A stretch of DNA of 64,000 nt from Octopus vulgaris (GCA_951406725.2 OX597820.1:70246001-70310000), one strand, 5' to 3'. Counted from the first letter of the stretch, positions 1-14,820 are shown. Made by a program: numbers and translations. The notes: generated by a model not told the origin, from the sequence alone.

Positions 1-32
<32 letters not shown>

Positions 33-231
33 CATACATACATATACACACATACATCCACATATACCACATATAGACATGGGCATATGTATGAATGTGT
101 ATGCATGTGCATATATGTATGTGTGTATGTTTGTGTGTGTTTGTGTTATACATATACACACACATTATCCACATATACCACACATACACATGAATATATG
201 CATGCATGTATATATATGTGTGTGTGTGAGA

Positions 232-271
<40 letters not shown>

Positions 272-822
272 ATAAGTTTGAACTTGTACGCACGCACACA
301 CACACACGCACGCACGCACACACAAGCGCACACACAAGCGCACACGCATATATATAATGCGCATATATTTAGTTTTGACCTACTTTTATCTGGAAAATAC
401 GGGTAGGTTTCCCCTCACTGCATAGTTAGCAAGAAATTTGCACTACCTGCCCCCAAGAATCAAATATAACCTTCAGAGTGATAAGTACAGATAGAATTAC
501 GTCCGTTTATGTAAGTATCCATGTATGTTTTTTTTTCTCATATTAAGAGCATTACTACACGTAAATGCCTCACGCTATGAGGGACTCTTAAAGTCAAAAC
601 TACCATAATAAATATACAGTGTATCGAACACAAAGGAATGCAACTTTGGAAGCCAACCCTTAAAAACAGATTCAGCTGCAATTCACATGATTTCACAGTT
701 AGTTTACATAATCCACTTTCTTAATCGCCAGAACAAGCATAATCAAGACGCATAAAAAATTCACAAAATTCAAAATACCAGACGAACACCAAATGTATCC
801 CAAAATATGTATGTATGTATAT

Positions 823-860
<38 letters not shown>

Positions 861-974
861 ATGCATGTGCACACATACATGCATATATATATATGTATAC
901 ATATATACGTATATATATGCACGCACATACACACACACATATATATATGTTATATACATATATATGTGATGTTG

Positions 975-1200
975 TCTTGAACAAGACACTTTATTTCACT
1001 TTGTACCAGCTCACTCAGCTGTAGAAATGAGTTGCAACATCACTGGTACCAAGCTGCATCGGTCTTTGCTTTTTCCTTGGATATCATCAGTGGCGTGGAG
1101 AGGGGAGGTATGCATGGGCGACTGCTGGTCTTCCATAAACAACCTTGACCGGACTTGTGCCTCGGAGGGTAATTTTCCAAATATAATTTCATGGTCCTTC
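975..1200 (+). mobile_element. SINE type D, body and tail fragment
   Basis: Matches 8780-9010 (CAAGACACTTTATTTCAC...GTGGAGAGGGGAGG...GGTCTTCCAT.AACAACCTTG). Confidence 0.7.
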
Positions 1201-1329
1201 AAAGATCGAATCTTTGAATTTCTGTGCGTTAAGATATGAAAAGTAAGAACTTCTCTACCCTGATGAGGAAGGCTCTTCTTATCCATTACGGACATTACTG
1301 GCAACTCAAGCTAACTGCAGACAAGTGCG

Positions 1330-1990
1330 TCACCATGCATTTTGGGAGGAAAAATCCAGCTTTTACATACTCCCTCAGCAACACCAATCTCAAGAAGACG
1401 TGATCTGGGTATTATTGTAAACAACGATGTCCGTTGAACAAACCACATCTCTAAGATTGTCAAGATGGCTGAGGGAGTGCTAGCATCATTCAATAAGATT
1501 TTTGTCAGCCGCTCTCCAGCTATCTATTTAAAATTGTATACGACAATGGTACGTCCACAATTGGAACCCCTATTTTGCTCAGTCTGGAACCCCTATTTTG
1601 TTCAGCTTATAAATCTCCTGGAAACTGTTTAGAAACGTGCAACAAAACGATTACCCACCGTCAAACATCTACCATACTCTGAACGTCTTGCTTCACTGGG
1701 CATGGATACATTTAAGCTCAGACGTCTGGCAACTGACTTGGTTGACACCCACAAGATTATCCACCATCTTTCCAACAACAACCTTGGGCACCTTTTTGAA
1801 TTCCATATGACAAACACTCGCAGACATGCTTATAAAATCAAAAACACAACAGAACACCCACGACTTTTGGAAACATTTTTTCAGGCTCAGAATTGCTGAA
1901 GCATGGAATAAACTATCCGCATCAGTTGTTAGCTGTCGAGACACTATATCCTTCAAAACTTCCATGCTTCCTAAAATCCGCCAACAGGAC
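1330..1990 (+). mobile_element. CR1-type LINE 3' fragment, decayed
   Basis: DLGIIV...HISKIV..A...LYTTMVRPQLE..VWNPY...LETV*KRATK...LPYSERLASLGM....RRL..DL...AWNKL, with stops and frameshifts. Confidence 0.85.
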
Positions 1991-2396
1991 ACCTGATGCC
2001 CCCACCTTTCTTTTTTTAGTTGTAGCGCACCTGTTGCCCCCACCTTTCTTTTTTAGTTGTAGTGCATCTGAGCACTGTATACAACAATTTCCTTCATTAT
2101 TTATTATTATATATTGTGATGAACCATATCTACCAACATTATTATGGATCTGCGAGCCTATAGAAATAGCTATTGGGCTTATAACACCTTCTTTCACCCC
2201 TTTGTCATTTGTACTCTGTGTAAGTTGGATTTATTGATATAAACATCTACTTAAAAATTCATCATCTGGCGGCGGTGGTGGTGGTGGTGGTGGTGGTGGT
2301 GGCGGTTGCGGTGGCGGTGGCGGTGGCAGCGGCGGCGGTGGTGATTTGCTAATGTAAACGCTTTTAACTATTATGATAAATATGAATTTAACTCAC

Positions 2397-2522
2397 TTTT
2401 TACCTTGGAGCTCAGGACAGGAATTTTCCAAGAGTGCGGCTAACCCAACAGCACCAGCTCCCTCAATGATGGATTTCTCTTGTTCCACAAGTCTCAGAAT
2501 TGCCAATGCAATGCTGTCTTCT
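2397..2522 (-). CDS. Threonine dehydratase coding exon 9; gene continues beyond the left edge of the window
   Basis: ttttcag|A-EDSIALAILRLVEQEKSIIEGAGAVGLAALLENSCPELQGK-AA|GTGAGT; 126 nt, phase 2 to 2; the expected SGGNID exon was not seen in 1-2396. Confidence 0.93.
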
Positions 2523-2863
2523 CTGAAAATACATCCAATTGCATTAGTCCCAGTTTTAATTTTAGTTTTATTCATTTATTTGAATATTTAAAAGAATAAA
2601 AAAGCTGCTGATTTTTACTTCATTCATAATCACATAGAATCTCAAACGAGTGACGACAGCTCTACACGACCAACGAATCGCACTTTACTGTTTTATATTA
2701 TGACAAAAGACATATTGGATAGTGTAATCCGAAGGTTCGCAACCCTTTTTTGCCTATGGACCCCTTTGATTCCCATTTTGTTCTACTAGAACCCCATAAC
2801 CGCTTGATGCTTAAAAATCCTATAAATATTTCATAACAATATTTTGGTGGGTTGTATAACACA

Positions 2864-3085
2864 TTCTTTTACTCTTACTTGTTTCAGTCATGTGACTGTG
2901 GTAATGCTGGAGCATCGCCTTTAGTCGAGCAAATCGACCCCAGGACTTATTCTTTGTAAAACTTGTACTTCTTCTATCGCTATCTTTGGCCGAACCGCTA
3001 AGTTACGGGGGATGTAAACACACCAGCATCGGTTGTCAAGCGATGTTGGGGATACAAACACAGTCACACAAACATATACACACAC

Positions 3086-3129
<44 letters not shown>

Positions 3130-3265
3130 CTTATATACGACGGGCTTCTTTCAGTTTCCGTCTACCAAATCCACTCACAAGGTTTTGGTCGAACCGAGGC
3201 TACAGTAGAAGACACTTGTCCAAGGTGCCACGCAGTGGGACTGAACCCGGAACCATGTGGTTGGT
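2864..3265 (-). mobile_element. tRNA-derived SINE type A with internal microsatellite (dominant family, about 25 full or partial copies)
   Basis: Head GGCGCAGGAGTGGCTGTGTGGTAAG...GGTTCAGTCC (A/B-box like), CORE-like CCTTGGGCAAGT, internal (TA)n(TG)n, tail GGTGCTCCAGCATGGCCGCAGTCAAATGACTGAAAC(AAGTAAAAG)n. Other approximate copies: 3600-3790-, 4699-5250+, 8267-8675-, 23050-23470-, 25870-26130-, 33200-33555-, 35480-35790+, 37207-37600+, 44858-45215+, 49200-49715+, 51130-51225+, 55045-55455-. Confidence 0.85.
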
Positions 3266-3898
3266 TGATATATTTTGTGTATTGTAGACATATAACCAAT
3301 TTTATTGCACAACATAATCTTATATGTACCCCTAAAGGTCATATGAGACCCTGGTAAAAAACCCCGGGTGTAGATCTACATACCCCTAAACTATAAAAAC
3401 AGAACAAACATGGTTGGAATGGCTATGATTATCGACCTACGCGATGAGGATTGACATGGGCCTAAACTACAACCACAGCAACAAAATAGACTATCAGGTA
3501 AAGCCCCGAACGACGAGATTGAAAGCAGGAGTTCAATACCCACTTAAAGATGTTCCGTTTCACTATTATCTTTTATCTTTCATTTTTTATCCCTTTGTTT
3601 TTTGTTTCAGTCAATTACACTACGGCCATGCTGGGGCACCGCCTTGAAGAATTTTTAGTCGAATGAATTGGCTCCTCAGAACTTGCTTATTTTTTTTAAA
3701 GCCTGGTACTTATTCTGTCGGTCTATTTTGCCGAACCCCTAAGTTCTGGGGATGTAAACACACCAACACCGGTTATCAAGCAGTAGTGGGGAACAGTGCA
3801 TATATTTATCTGTATACACTTGCATATATATATATATCCATGTATATAAATAATCAACTAGCTCAAAACTTGCCTGATAGATAGAATTTTTTTTTACA

Positions 3899-4268
3899 GG
3901 CGTAGGAGCGGCTGTGTGGTAGGTAGCTTGCTTACTAACCACATGGTTCCGGGTTCAGTCTCACTGCGTGGCACCTTGAGCAAGTGTCTTCTACTATAGC
4001 CTCGGGCCTTGTGAGTGTAATTGGTAGACGGGAACTGAAAGAAGCCCGTCGTATATGTATATGTATGTATGTATGTGTGTGTGTTTGTGTGTTTGTCACC
4101 CCAACATCGCTTGACAACCGATGCTGGTGTGTTTACGGCAAAAGATACCGATAGAATAAGTACTAGGCTTACAAAGAATAAGTCCTGGGGGTCGATTTGT
4201 TCGACTAAAGGCGGTGCTCCAGCATGGCCGCAGTCATATGACTGAAACAAGTAAAAGAATAAAAGAAT
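3899..4268 (+). mobile_element. SINE type A copy
   Basis: Complete head to GTAAAAGAATAAAAG tail, with small internal deletions. Confidence 0.85.
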
Positions 4269-5850
4269 AAATGAATATACAAGCTCTCGTATCTAACAAT
4301 ATATCTCATATCTATAAACAAGGTTTTGCTTCGAGTTAAATAGAATATTCCAGATCTATTATAGCAAAAATAAATTCTACTTAATAGATTCAACTTTATA
4401 GGATCCACTGGCTAAAGACATCATCAGGAAGAACCACGTCCTGTTTCGGCCCTTATACTGCTACGTCGAAAACGGTAGAGAAGTAGGGGCCAAAAGCGGA
4501 CATGGTTCCTCCTGATGATGTCTTTAGACACTGGATCCTATAAAGGAGCTGTTGAGATAGCGAACCACGAAACGTGGTTGGAATTCTTCATTTCTTCAAA
4601 AGCCTCATAATTTGTACATAGAAAACGTAGGTATGTATTTGGGCAGCATATCTAACAATATGATCTTGAATAAAATATTCAATATGAAAATTGTCGCAGG
4701 CGCAGACGTGGCTGTGTGTTAAGAGGCTTGCTTCCCAACCAGAATATTCCAGGTTCAGTTCCACTGCGTAGCACCTTGGGCAAGTGCCTTCTGTTATATC
4801 CTTTGGCCGACCAAACCCTCGAAAGTGGACTACTTAGACGGAAACTGAAATAAGCCCGTCGTATGTATGTATGTATGTATGTATGTATGTATGTATGTAT
4901 GTATGTATGTATGTATGTATGTACGTATGTATGTATGTATATATATATTAACTATATATATATTATATATATATATATAGGTCGAGTTTATATTTGTTTT
5001 TACGTCCATAACGACTTTTTAATCAGTGTCAATACTAAGTGTGTGTGTATGTGTTTGTGTGTTTGTGTGTGTGTATATGTGTGTGTGTGTTTATCCGTAA
5101 CTTAACGGTTCGGCAAAGAGACCGATAGAAAAAAATAACCGGCTTAAAAGAAAAAAAAAGGTACTGGGGATTGATTCATTCGACTAAAATTCTCCAATTT
5201 GGTGCTCCAACATGGTCGCAGTCTAATGACTGAAACAAATAAAAGGTGAAAGGTAATAACTAAACATATATGCAATTATGTCTTTTATAACTTAATACAA
5301 ATGTTTCATTAGATGCTGTTAAACAGAAAGATACTTATAGATGATTAACGAAAATTTTAGCTTAGCTCTATTGATTAAACATTTTGATGTCTTTCAACTA
5401 GTTTTGTATGCGAATCACATATATGATAGTATAGATAGATTCTTTCAGATGTATAATAGTTACGATTCTACTTGAAACTAATTGAATGGACATTGATAAT
5501 ATATTTTAAAGCAGCTTCTTAATCAGCAACGACTTTGACTAAAAACGCCATTATAAACGTAAAAACAGATATAAATACGGATAAATAAATCAGTTAGCAC
5601 TTAGCAATAATATTGTACGAAAGAAGTATTGAAATACAAATAAGCACGGAGCTCCAATAGAATATAGATATAAATAAAGAGAATATAGATATAAATACAG
5701 ACTATATGAATAAGAATTAATTGGGTCCTTTTTTTTTGTACAAAGTCGATATACCATGTTTAAATGCTAAAAAGACTTTTCCACTTACAATCGTGCATAC
5801 GTTTATGTAGCAATTAGCAGACAAGCACAGAGAGCGAGAAAGAGGGAAAA

Positions 5851-5914
<64 letters not shown>

Positions 5915-6767
5915 TGACAGACAGACAGAGAAAGAAAGATAGAAAGAAAGAAAACAAGAAAGAAAGAGAGAAAGAAAGAAAGGGGATCATTGTGACACGA
6001 ACACCATTTTCTCATGTTCTTTCCAGGATTATTTCTGTTTTTCCCAAATTATTTCTGTTTTTCCAAAAACCATTGACCATAATATATACAAATACATGCA
6101 TAATATCTGTGGTGTGTGTGTGTGTGTTTAGTGGAAATCACAATGAGATATTGAACCGATTAGCGGAAAAGGACAATTAAACAGGAAACATTTTATGTCA
6201 GCCAGGACTAGAATCAATATAATTTGGATACGTTTAAAGTTCGAAGATTTTAATTCTGTTGCTTACTCATGAGGCTGTGTCAGTAAGATTATAAACATTA
6301 CAAAGAAACACACTTATAAGGAAATGGAGAACTACGGGCAGATACATGTGATACTGTCCAATAGAATATATTTATTGCAAATACAAAGAAAGGACAGGAA
6401 TTTTAGAACGAGCGAACTCGGCGACATCGTTCATTCTAAAATTAGTCAAAATGAGAGAGTGGTATGCTAGGTTTAGTCTTGAAGCACCAACAGGTTACAA
6501 CGAAGAAGTAGAATCAGGAGGAAGACAGAGGAAGACTGAAAGAGGGATATAGAAAATGTGAATGAAAATGTTTGTGGCAGTTAACAGAGAATAGGAGAGA
6601 GAGAGACAGAGAGAAGAAGAGAAAGACATTCCTTTCTGTTGAAGAGCGTAGGCTCGAAACATAGAAGACTTTTTCACTTTCCCAAGCGTCAAACTAATAC
6701 ACCTGCTGTTGTCTTTTGTTTTTCTGCAAATTTCGACTATGTGTGTGTGTGTGTCTGTGTGTATGTT

Positions 6768-6814
<47 letters not shown>

Positions 6815-6851
6815 GTATATATATATGTATATGAATATATGTATGTATACA

Positions 6852-7088
<237 letters not shown>

Positions 7089-8055
7089 GTATGTATATTT
7101 AAAATTGAAATAAGTTATTATCTATAAAAAATAATGATACAGTGACCAGCAAACATAATCCAAATATGCAAAATACACAATAAAAAGTCAAGGTACAATA
7201 TACACCTGTTTGCTTGAAAAGGGAGTTAAAACCCTCCAAAACCATTCATCTCTCACTATATATAAACACACACGGAGTAAATAGGAAATATATTTCTCAG
7301 AAAGTCCTCCAACTTGCGAAATACAAATGATAAAATACAAATAGGAGCATGAACATTTGCTATATTCTCCGTGCGCGTTTATGTATAATGCATACATGTA
7401 TAGTAGATTCACACACTCACACACACTTATGTGCTGACGGTGAGGGTCTGTGTACAAGTGTCTGCATATACGTGTGTGTTATATATGTATATAAAATCAT
7501 GTTATTAACATTACTTTTAAATCTAAAGAATACATTTTTTTTTCTTCTCTTAGACATAGATAAATACAAAATAATATAAGAAACACAGGATGCCATCTAT
7601 TTAATTCATTAATTGTTGCCTGAATCCCTTCACTCTGTTTTGGCTTTGCCTCCACCTTGTCGCTTTAAATCTATTTTCAAAAAAACTTATATATATAGTA
7701 TTAAATAAGTCATATAAAAAAAAAAACAAATACGCTACCGAATGTAAGAGAGACTACTTTTGTATAATGGAGAAGGTGGAGTTATTTTAGCGTTATTGAT
7801 TGGAGAAAAGTTTAGGTTAAATGCACCTTTGTGTTAAGATCTATTACGCGTATATTTATGTTGAGAATGTACATTTTCTTCTTAGATAAAAGGAATAGTG
7901 TTCATAATTGTCTATTGATTTTTTTTTTTTTGCGGAGAAATTCTGTTTATCATAAGTCTTTTCGGCTTTCCCTATTATATACTTATATATACGTACGTAC
8001 GCACTCAAACGTTTACACATACAGACACACAATACACACCCATACATACGCACAT

Positions 8056-8112
<57 letters not shown>

Positions 8113-8689
8113 CACACATATATACATACATATATACATGTATAGTAGCGTTCTGTATATCATTCTTAAAATAGGTATACTGTTGAAAGCCTTCTAAACT
8201 GCAGCATTCGTCTTGAGAAAGCATCTCGTATATGTGTGCGTGTGGGGGTGGGGTGAGTACATATACACTTTTACTCTTTTACTCGTTTCCGTCATTTGAC
8301 TGTGACCATGCTGGAGCACCGCCTTTAGTTGAGCAAATCGACCCCAGGACTATTTCTTTGTAAGCCTAACTATCTTTTGCCGAACTGCTAAGTTACGGGG
8401 ACGTAAAATCACCAGCATCGGTTGTCAAGCGATCTTGGGGGGTGGGGGACAAACATAGACACACAAGCATACACACACACACACACAAATACATATATAT
8501 ATATACAAATATATGACGGGCTTCTTTCAGTTTTCGTCTACCAAATCCACTCACAAGGCTTTAAACAGCCTGAGGCTATAGTAGAAGGCACTTGCCCAAG
8601 GTGCCATCCAGTTGGACTGAACCCGGAACCATGTGGTTGGTAAGCAAGCTACTTACCACACAGCCACTCCTACGTCTATGTACATATAT

Positions 8690-9025
8690 GTGAAGGTACA
8701 TGACTCAGTGGTTAGAGCGACGGGCTCGCAATCAGGAAGTAGTGAGTTCGATTCCCGGACCAGCCTGTGTATTGTGCTCATGAGAAAGATACCTATTTCA
8801 CGTTGTTCGTTCTCTCATCTGTAGAAATGAGTTGCGGCGTCACTGCTACCAAGTTGTATCGGTCCCTTTGCCTTTCGTTTGGATAACATCGCTGCGTGGA
8901 GAGGAGAGGCTGGTATGCATGGGTGATTGCTGGTCTTCCATGAACAACCTTGTCCGGGCAATGCTTCGGAGAACTTTCTTGGTGCAATCTCATGGCCACT
9001 CATGACCGAAGGAGGGTGGTCTTTA
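8690..9025 (+). mobile_element. tRNA-derived SINE type D
   Basis: TGACTCAGTGGTTAG (A box), GAGTTCGATTCC (B box); body shared with 975-1200. Confidence 0.75.
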
Positions 9026-9080
9026 TGTACGTATATACATACATATGTATACTTATGTACATACATATATTTATATAATA

Positions 9081-9476
9081 CTAGCAGTATTGCCCGGCGT
9101 TGCTCGGGTTTGTAAGGGAAATAACTATATAAGCATTTTTAGAGAGTTATAGCCCAAAAATAGCCAAAAAAATGCATTAAAAATGGAAAAAAAAAAATTA
9201 TGGTAAATTTTTTTTAAAGTCGTTGACTCATCGTAGACATTTTTAGAGAGTTACTTCCCTTATATAATATCGAAAAAAATGCATCAAAATAGAAAAAAAT
9301 GATGGTAAATTCAAAAATCGCAGACTCATCGTAGACGCGCGCTAATACCCAGAAGGGCTCGATATGAATCACGACTATAAGATACCCGGTTTTGGTTAAA
9401 CTACACCGCAAAATGTGGGAGTAGTTATGAATCTAAATCGTAGGAGACAGACACACAACTTCACTTTTATATATAA
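9081..9476 (-). mobile_element. Non-autonomous Helitron-like element
   Basis: Minus-strand 3' end CCCGAGCAACGCCGGG hairpin, then CTAG|T; 5' end TATATAAAAGTGAAG; about 100 bp of the 3' end shared with the 13306 copy. Confidence 0.7.
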
Positions 9477-9689
9477 ATATATATACGGATATATACATAT
9501 GTACAGGTATGTATAGATATATGTGTGAGTGTATGTATATATATATTATATACTTATGTGTATGTGTACGTATGCGCGCACATGTGTGTGCATGCGCGCA
9601 CATATGTATTGATGTGTGATGGGTATTGGATAAGTAGCTTCTGAGCGCGTGAGAGGGATACGTGTATGTTGAAGGAGACGTTAAAGAAA

Positions 9690-9900
9690 GATGTGTGGTG
9701 AATTGACCCAAACAGGATGAATTTAGAGAGAACAGATGAGACGCTGTTCTCTGCGAAGAGATCAAACTAAACACAGTAGGATGTTGCGCTGTATAGTCCG
9801 TGGAGTGCAAATGGTGAGCGACAGTTGTCATATTTCCATGCTGGATTTTAAGATGTTTCATGAAACGCCGGCTAAACAGTACGTTGTTTGACGGCACCCT
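9690..9900 (-). mobile_element. Penelope-like GIY-YIG endonuclease 3' remnant
   Basis: RFMKHLKI....TVAHHLHS....VFSL and, in a shifted frame, REQRLICSL; resembles RF.EHL..I...PVA.HF...EQ.LIF.LG. Confidence 0.55.
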
Positions 9901-9995
9901 AGATATCACAGACGATTTTCTTCTGTTACTAATATATTTTTGTAGTGTTTAACATTACATGTCTACAAGAGATACTCTTTTTTACTTTCTTCCCC

Positions 9996-10026
<31 letters not shown>

Positions 10027-10326
10027 CTCAGGCTTTTAACGATTTATCCGTTTTAAGTATGACGCACAGACTACATTTTTGAACTAACACTGCTTCTATT
10101 GCTCATAACGGATATATTCATCCTACTAGCTAATTTTGGCATCGATAATTCATCTACCATTCCTGCATAATATCAGTGGTGGCTAGTTTCGGCTCGGAAT
10201 GCAATTGTCAGTGGATACCTTGCTACTAATGAAACCCAGAGAAACGGAAACGCGTATTTAGCAATACTGCCAACGCTGCTGGGCGATTTTTCTCTGTTAC
10301 TGACATATTTGTGTGTGCGTGTGTGT

Positions 10327-10387
<61 letters not shown>

Positions 10388-10401
10388 CGTGTGTGCGTGT
10401 G

Positions 10402-10436
<35 letters not shown>

Positions 10437-11026
10437 TTAACACATCTATCTTGACATAAATACAGCAGCCTTTCAATTAAGTACATGCTATAAGTATAAT
10501 ACACAGTTTGCCATTTTGAACTACTACTGTTTCTGTCGCTCAAAACAAATTTTAATTCAACCTGCTAATTGCAACTTCACCGATTTTTCAATTACTATAT
10601 AATAAAATTTGTAGCGGATGATTTTGTCTTAGTATGTGGTTATTAGTCGATAATTGGTAATGACGAAGCGCAGAGTGGTAGAAATATATATTTAGCAATG
10701 TCGACACTATTGCCGGTCGATTTTCGTCCCCTACTTATATATCTGTGTGTATTTTAACACAATACGTGTATAGGAGATGAGTAGCATAGCTCATCAGGCT
10801 TGCAACGAAATCCCTGCTTTGAATATGATACAGAGGTATATATGTGAGTATGTGTGCGTGTGTGTGCGTGTGCGTGTGTGTATGTGCTCGCGTGTGAGTA
10901 TGTGCGTGTGTGTGTGTGCATATATACATAAATATATATAAATATATATATATATATATACACACATATATACTAGTAAGATATATCTAGATAGATAGAC
11001 AGTCAGACAGACAGACGGACGGACGA

Positions 11027-11176
<150 letters not shown>

Positions 11177-11384
11177 GTACATAACTTCAGAAACACATAT
11201 TTAAGTTCAAAACTCGCAATGAGTTTTAATATATTAACATGTACATATCTATACGCATTTACATATTTATACACACACACACATATATATAAATACGCAC
11301 ACACATATGAATATATATATGTATATGTGTACATCTGTCTCTGTCTCTTTAGACACACACACACAAACACAAACACAAGCACAC

Positions 11385-11437
<53 letters not shown>

Positions 11438-12472
11438 TATGTATGAGCATTTACATTCATGCGTTTGCGTGTTTGCTTGTACATGCATACCTCTATAGAC
11501 ATACATATATGTATCTATATTTCTTTATATATATCCATACATATATACATGTATTTAATACACACACAAACACACATATAATACTATGTACAATAAAACG
11601 CCCGCGCATACACACACATACATACACACAGGCACACACACACGCACACACACACGATGTGGTGCCACTTTTGGATATTTTAAACATTTTATGTTTTTCC
11701 AATGCTTCATACTGTTCTCCTTTTATACCATTTCGTTTCAATCTTAATAGAATTATGAGCTTTTTTCTAAAAAAAAAAATAATATAAATAATATAAATAT
11801 ATATATATTTAAATATACTTTATAGATGCTTCGAGATGAAGAAAAAAAATTAATTACCATCCTGTAAAGAATAAAGGTTTTTCAAGATTTTTTTTATAAA
11901 ATAATATTTACTTCATTTTAAAGAAAATAAAGTATATTTTTCTTCTCTCTACTTCTCTACATGATGTACCAATTTCGAAGAACTTGGAATGTAAAAATTC
12001 CTGTAATGAGATATTTTCTATTGAAGCCATGTCTAAAGTTAAATTCTTGAAACATCTTTCATTAAATCTACCATTTTTTTTTGTATTTGGGTATTTTTAA
12101 AAATCATTTTTATGATATCAATCTTAATTTATCATACCTGGTATTCTCTGTTATATGTAAGGTAAGAATTTAATATGAATACTTGCGCATGCACACACAC
12201 ACACACACACACACACGTACGCATGCACACATACATCCATATACAAATGCACTCATGTATACAGGCATGCGTGCACGCATGCACGCGTGTACGCATGCAC
12301 GCGTGTACACACAAGCACATCGAAATATGTGTATGTGAGTGCGCATGTGTGCATGTGCGGTCTCAGGGTAAATGCGTGTATTCGTGTATCTATGTATACC
12401 AGGTGGCTAATCGCGAAATTTTGCATTTACATTTAAACATTTCTTTAATGGCGCCTTAGTTACAAGAAACAT

Positions 12473-12513
<41 letters not shown>

Positions 12514-12630
12514 TTATATAAATACGTACGTTCAACCTCACATACATACATGATTACATGATTACACACATAGACGCACACACACACATGTGTGTGTATA
12601 TATGCATATCTATATCTATATATATCTATA

Positions 12631-12682
<52 letters not shown>

Positions 12683-12772
12683 TATATACATATATATATA
12701 TAAAGTTAATCCAAACAAGAAAAACAAAAAAGACAACAACGCAAAAGGTGGAACAATTAAAGTATTATATAC

Positions 12773-12822
<50 letters not shown>

Positions 12823-13305
12823 GTATATGTATATATGTATTTATGTATAATAACAATAATAATAATAATTATTATTATTATTATTAGATATATAAACCAA
12901 TTATAAAATATTAGACATTATGAACATTGTATTGATATAGAATGTTATATGCACCAATTAAAAGATCTGATAGTAACACACGGATACTTACACACATATA
13001 CTCTCTCTCACACATATAAACACAGATACACATACGCACAGATGCACATGCACACGGAACACACACACACGTGTGCACGCATATATACATATATACATAT
13101 ATTTATATAAACATACACATATATAAATGTATATAGATATACACGTGCACAAGCACTCACACACAAACACACACGTGTATGTGTGTATATATATATATAT
13201 ATGAGTAACAACTGGTGAAGTAGACCATTATTTCTCCGAATTTCATACATGTGCAATATACGTGAGATCCATCACATCGATGTATATCCAGCATTTATTT
13301 TATGA

Positions 13306-13689
13306 CTAGCAGTATCGCCCGGCGTTGCTCAGGTTTGTAAGGGAAATAACTATAAAGCATTTTTAGAGAGTTATAGCCAAAAAATAGCAAAAAAATGGAA
13401 AAAAAATTATGTTAAATTTTTTTTGAGAGTTAAAAAAGGTCGAGTTGCGTCCCCTAGACAGTCTGTGGTTTGTGTTTCTGATTCTCGACCCCATGTCGAA
13501 TTTATCGATTTTTTCAGAACTGGGGGAACTTTTCAAAGTTTTCGCTGCGTTAGTTTTGAATTATGACATTGGGCTATGTGTGTGTCAAGTTTCATCAGAA
13601 TCGGTTGAAAGCAGTGGTTAGGGTGAGGGTACAACCAAACAGACACACAGAAACACACACAGACAAACTGCCGTTTATATAGAGAGAGA
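13306..13689 (-). mobile_element. Non-autonomous Helitron-like element
   Basis: Minus strand A|TC...hairpin...CTAG|T, no TSD; same 3' terminus as the 9081 copy but a different interior. Confidence 0.72.
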
Positions 13690-13779
13690 TATTGGATCTC
13701 GGTTTGTCCGCATTTCAATGGTTGCCCTGACCAGGACATGTAATATTTTATTTATTTATTTATATATTTATTTATTTAT

Positions 13780-13969
13780 TTCAGTCATTTGATTGCGGCC
13801 ATACAGGAGCACTGTCTTTAGTCGAACAAATCGACTCCAGGACTTACTCTTTGTATGCCTATTACTTATTCTGTCGGTCAATTTTGCCGAACCTCTAGGT
13901 TATGGGGACGTAAACACACCAAAATCAGTTATCAAACGATAGTGGAGGGACAAACACAGACACACAAAC

Positions 13970-14016
<47 letters not shown>

Positions 14017-14567
14017 TACGACGGGCTTCTTTCCGTTTCCGTCTACCAAATCCACTCACAAGTCTTCGGTAGGCCCAAGACTATAGTAGAAGACACTTGC
14101 CCAAGGTGCCACGCAGTGAGACTGAACCTGGAACCATGTGGTTTGTAAGCAAGCTACTTAATACACAGACACTCCTGTACCCATGTTTGAAAATATTTCA
14201 AGCTGAAAATCCTTGAACAAGTATGATGTGGGTGAGGTCAGCTATGTCATTGTTGTGGCTGTCAAAGACAGCCACACGTTTTAGCTCGTCCAATTCGATG
14301 ATCAAAAATTCTTGTCTGTTGGCCTAAGATTCTTAGGAATTAGATGTGGTTGCGTGGTAAGATGCTTGTTTCACAACCACGAGGTCCCAGGTTCATTCCC
14401 ACTGCGTGGCACCTTGGACAAGTGTCTTCTTCTGTAGCCTCGGGCCGACAAAAGCTTGTGAGTGGATTTGGTAGACAGAAACTGAAAGAAGCCCTTGTAT
14501 GTTTGTGTGTTTGTGTGTATGTATGTATAATTATACATACATACATACATACATACATACATACACA

Positions 14568-14609
<42 letters not shown>

Positions 14610-14820
14610 TATATATATATATATGGCTTTTGTGTCTGTGTTTGTTCACCACCACTCCAGGTAAATTAGCAGTTCGGCAAAAGAAACCGATAGAATAAGT
14701 ACTAGTCTTAAAAAATAGTACTCGAGTCGATTCATTTGACTAAAATAATATCCTAGGAGGTGCACCAGCATGGCCGCAGTCTAATGACTGAAACAGGTAA
14801 AATATAAAACGTAAAAGATA
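13780..14820. mobile_element. Head-to-head pair of SINE type A copies (about 13780-14180 minus, 14345-14820 plus)
   Basis: Both match the type A consensus. Confidence 0.8.

Noticed and set aside
1258-1300. CTGATGAG as a hammerhead core
   Set aside because: No downstream GAAA or supporting stems
1-2396. Further dehydratase exons (SGGNID, ACT domain)
   Set aside because: No matching peptide seen; the region is microsatellite, SINE and CR1 remnant
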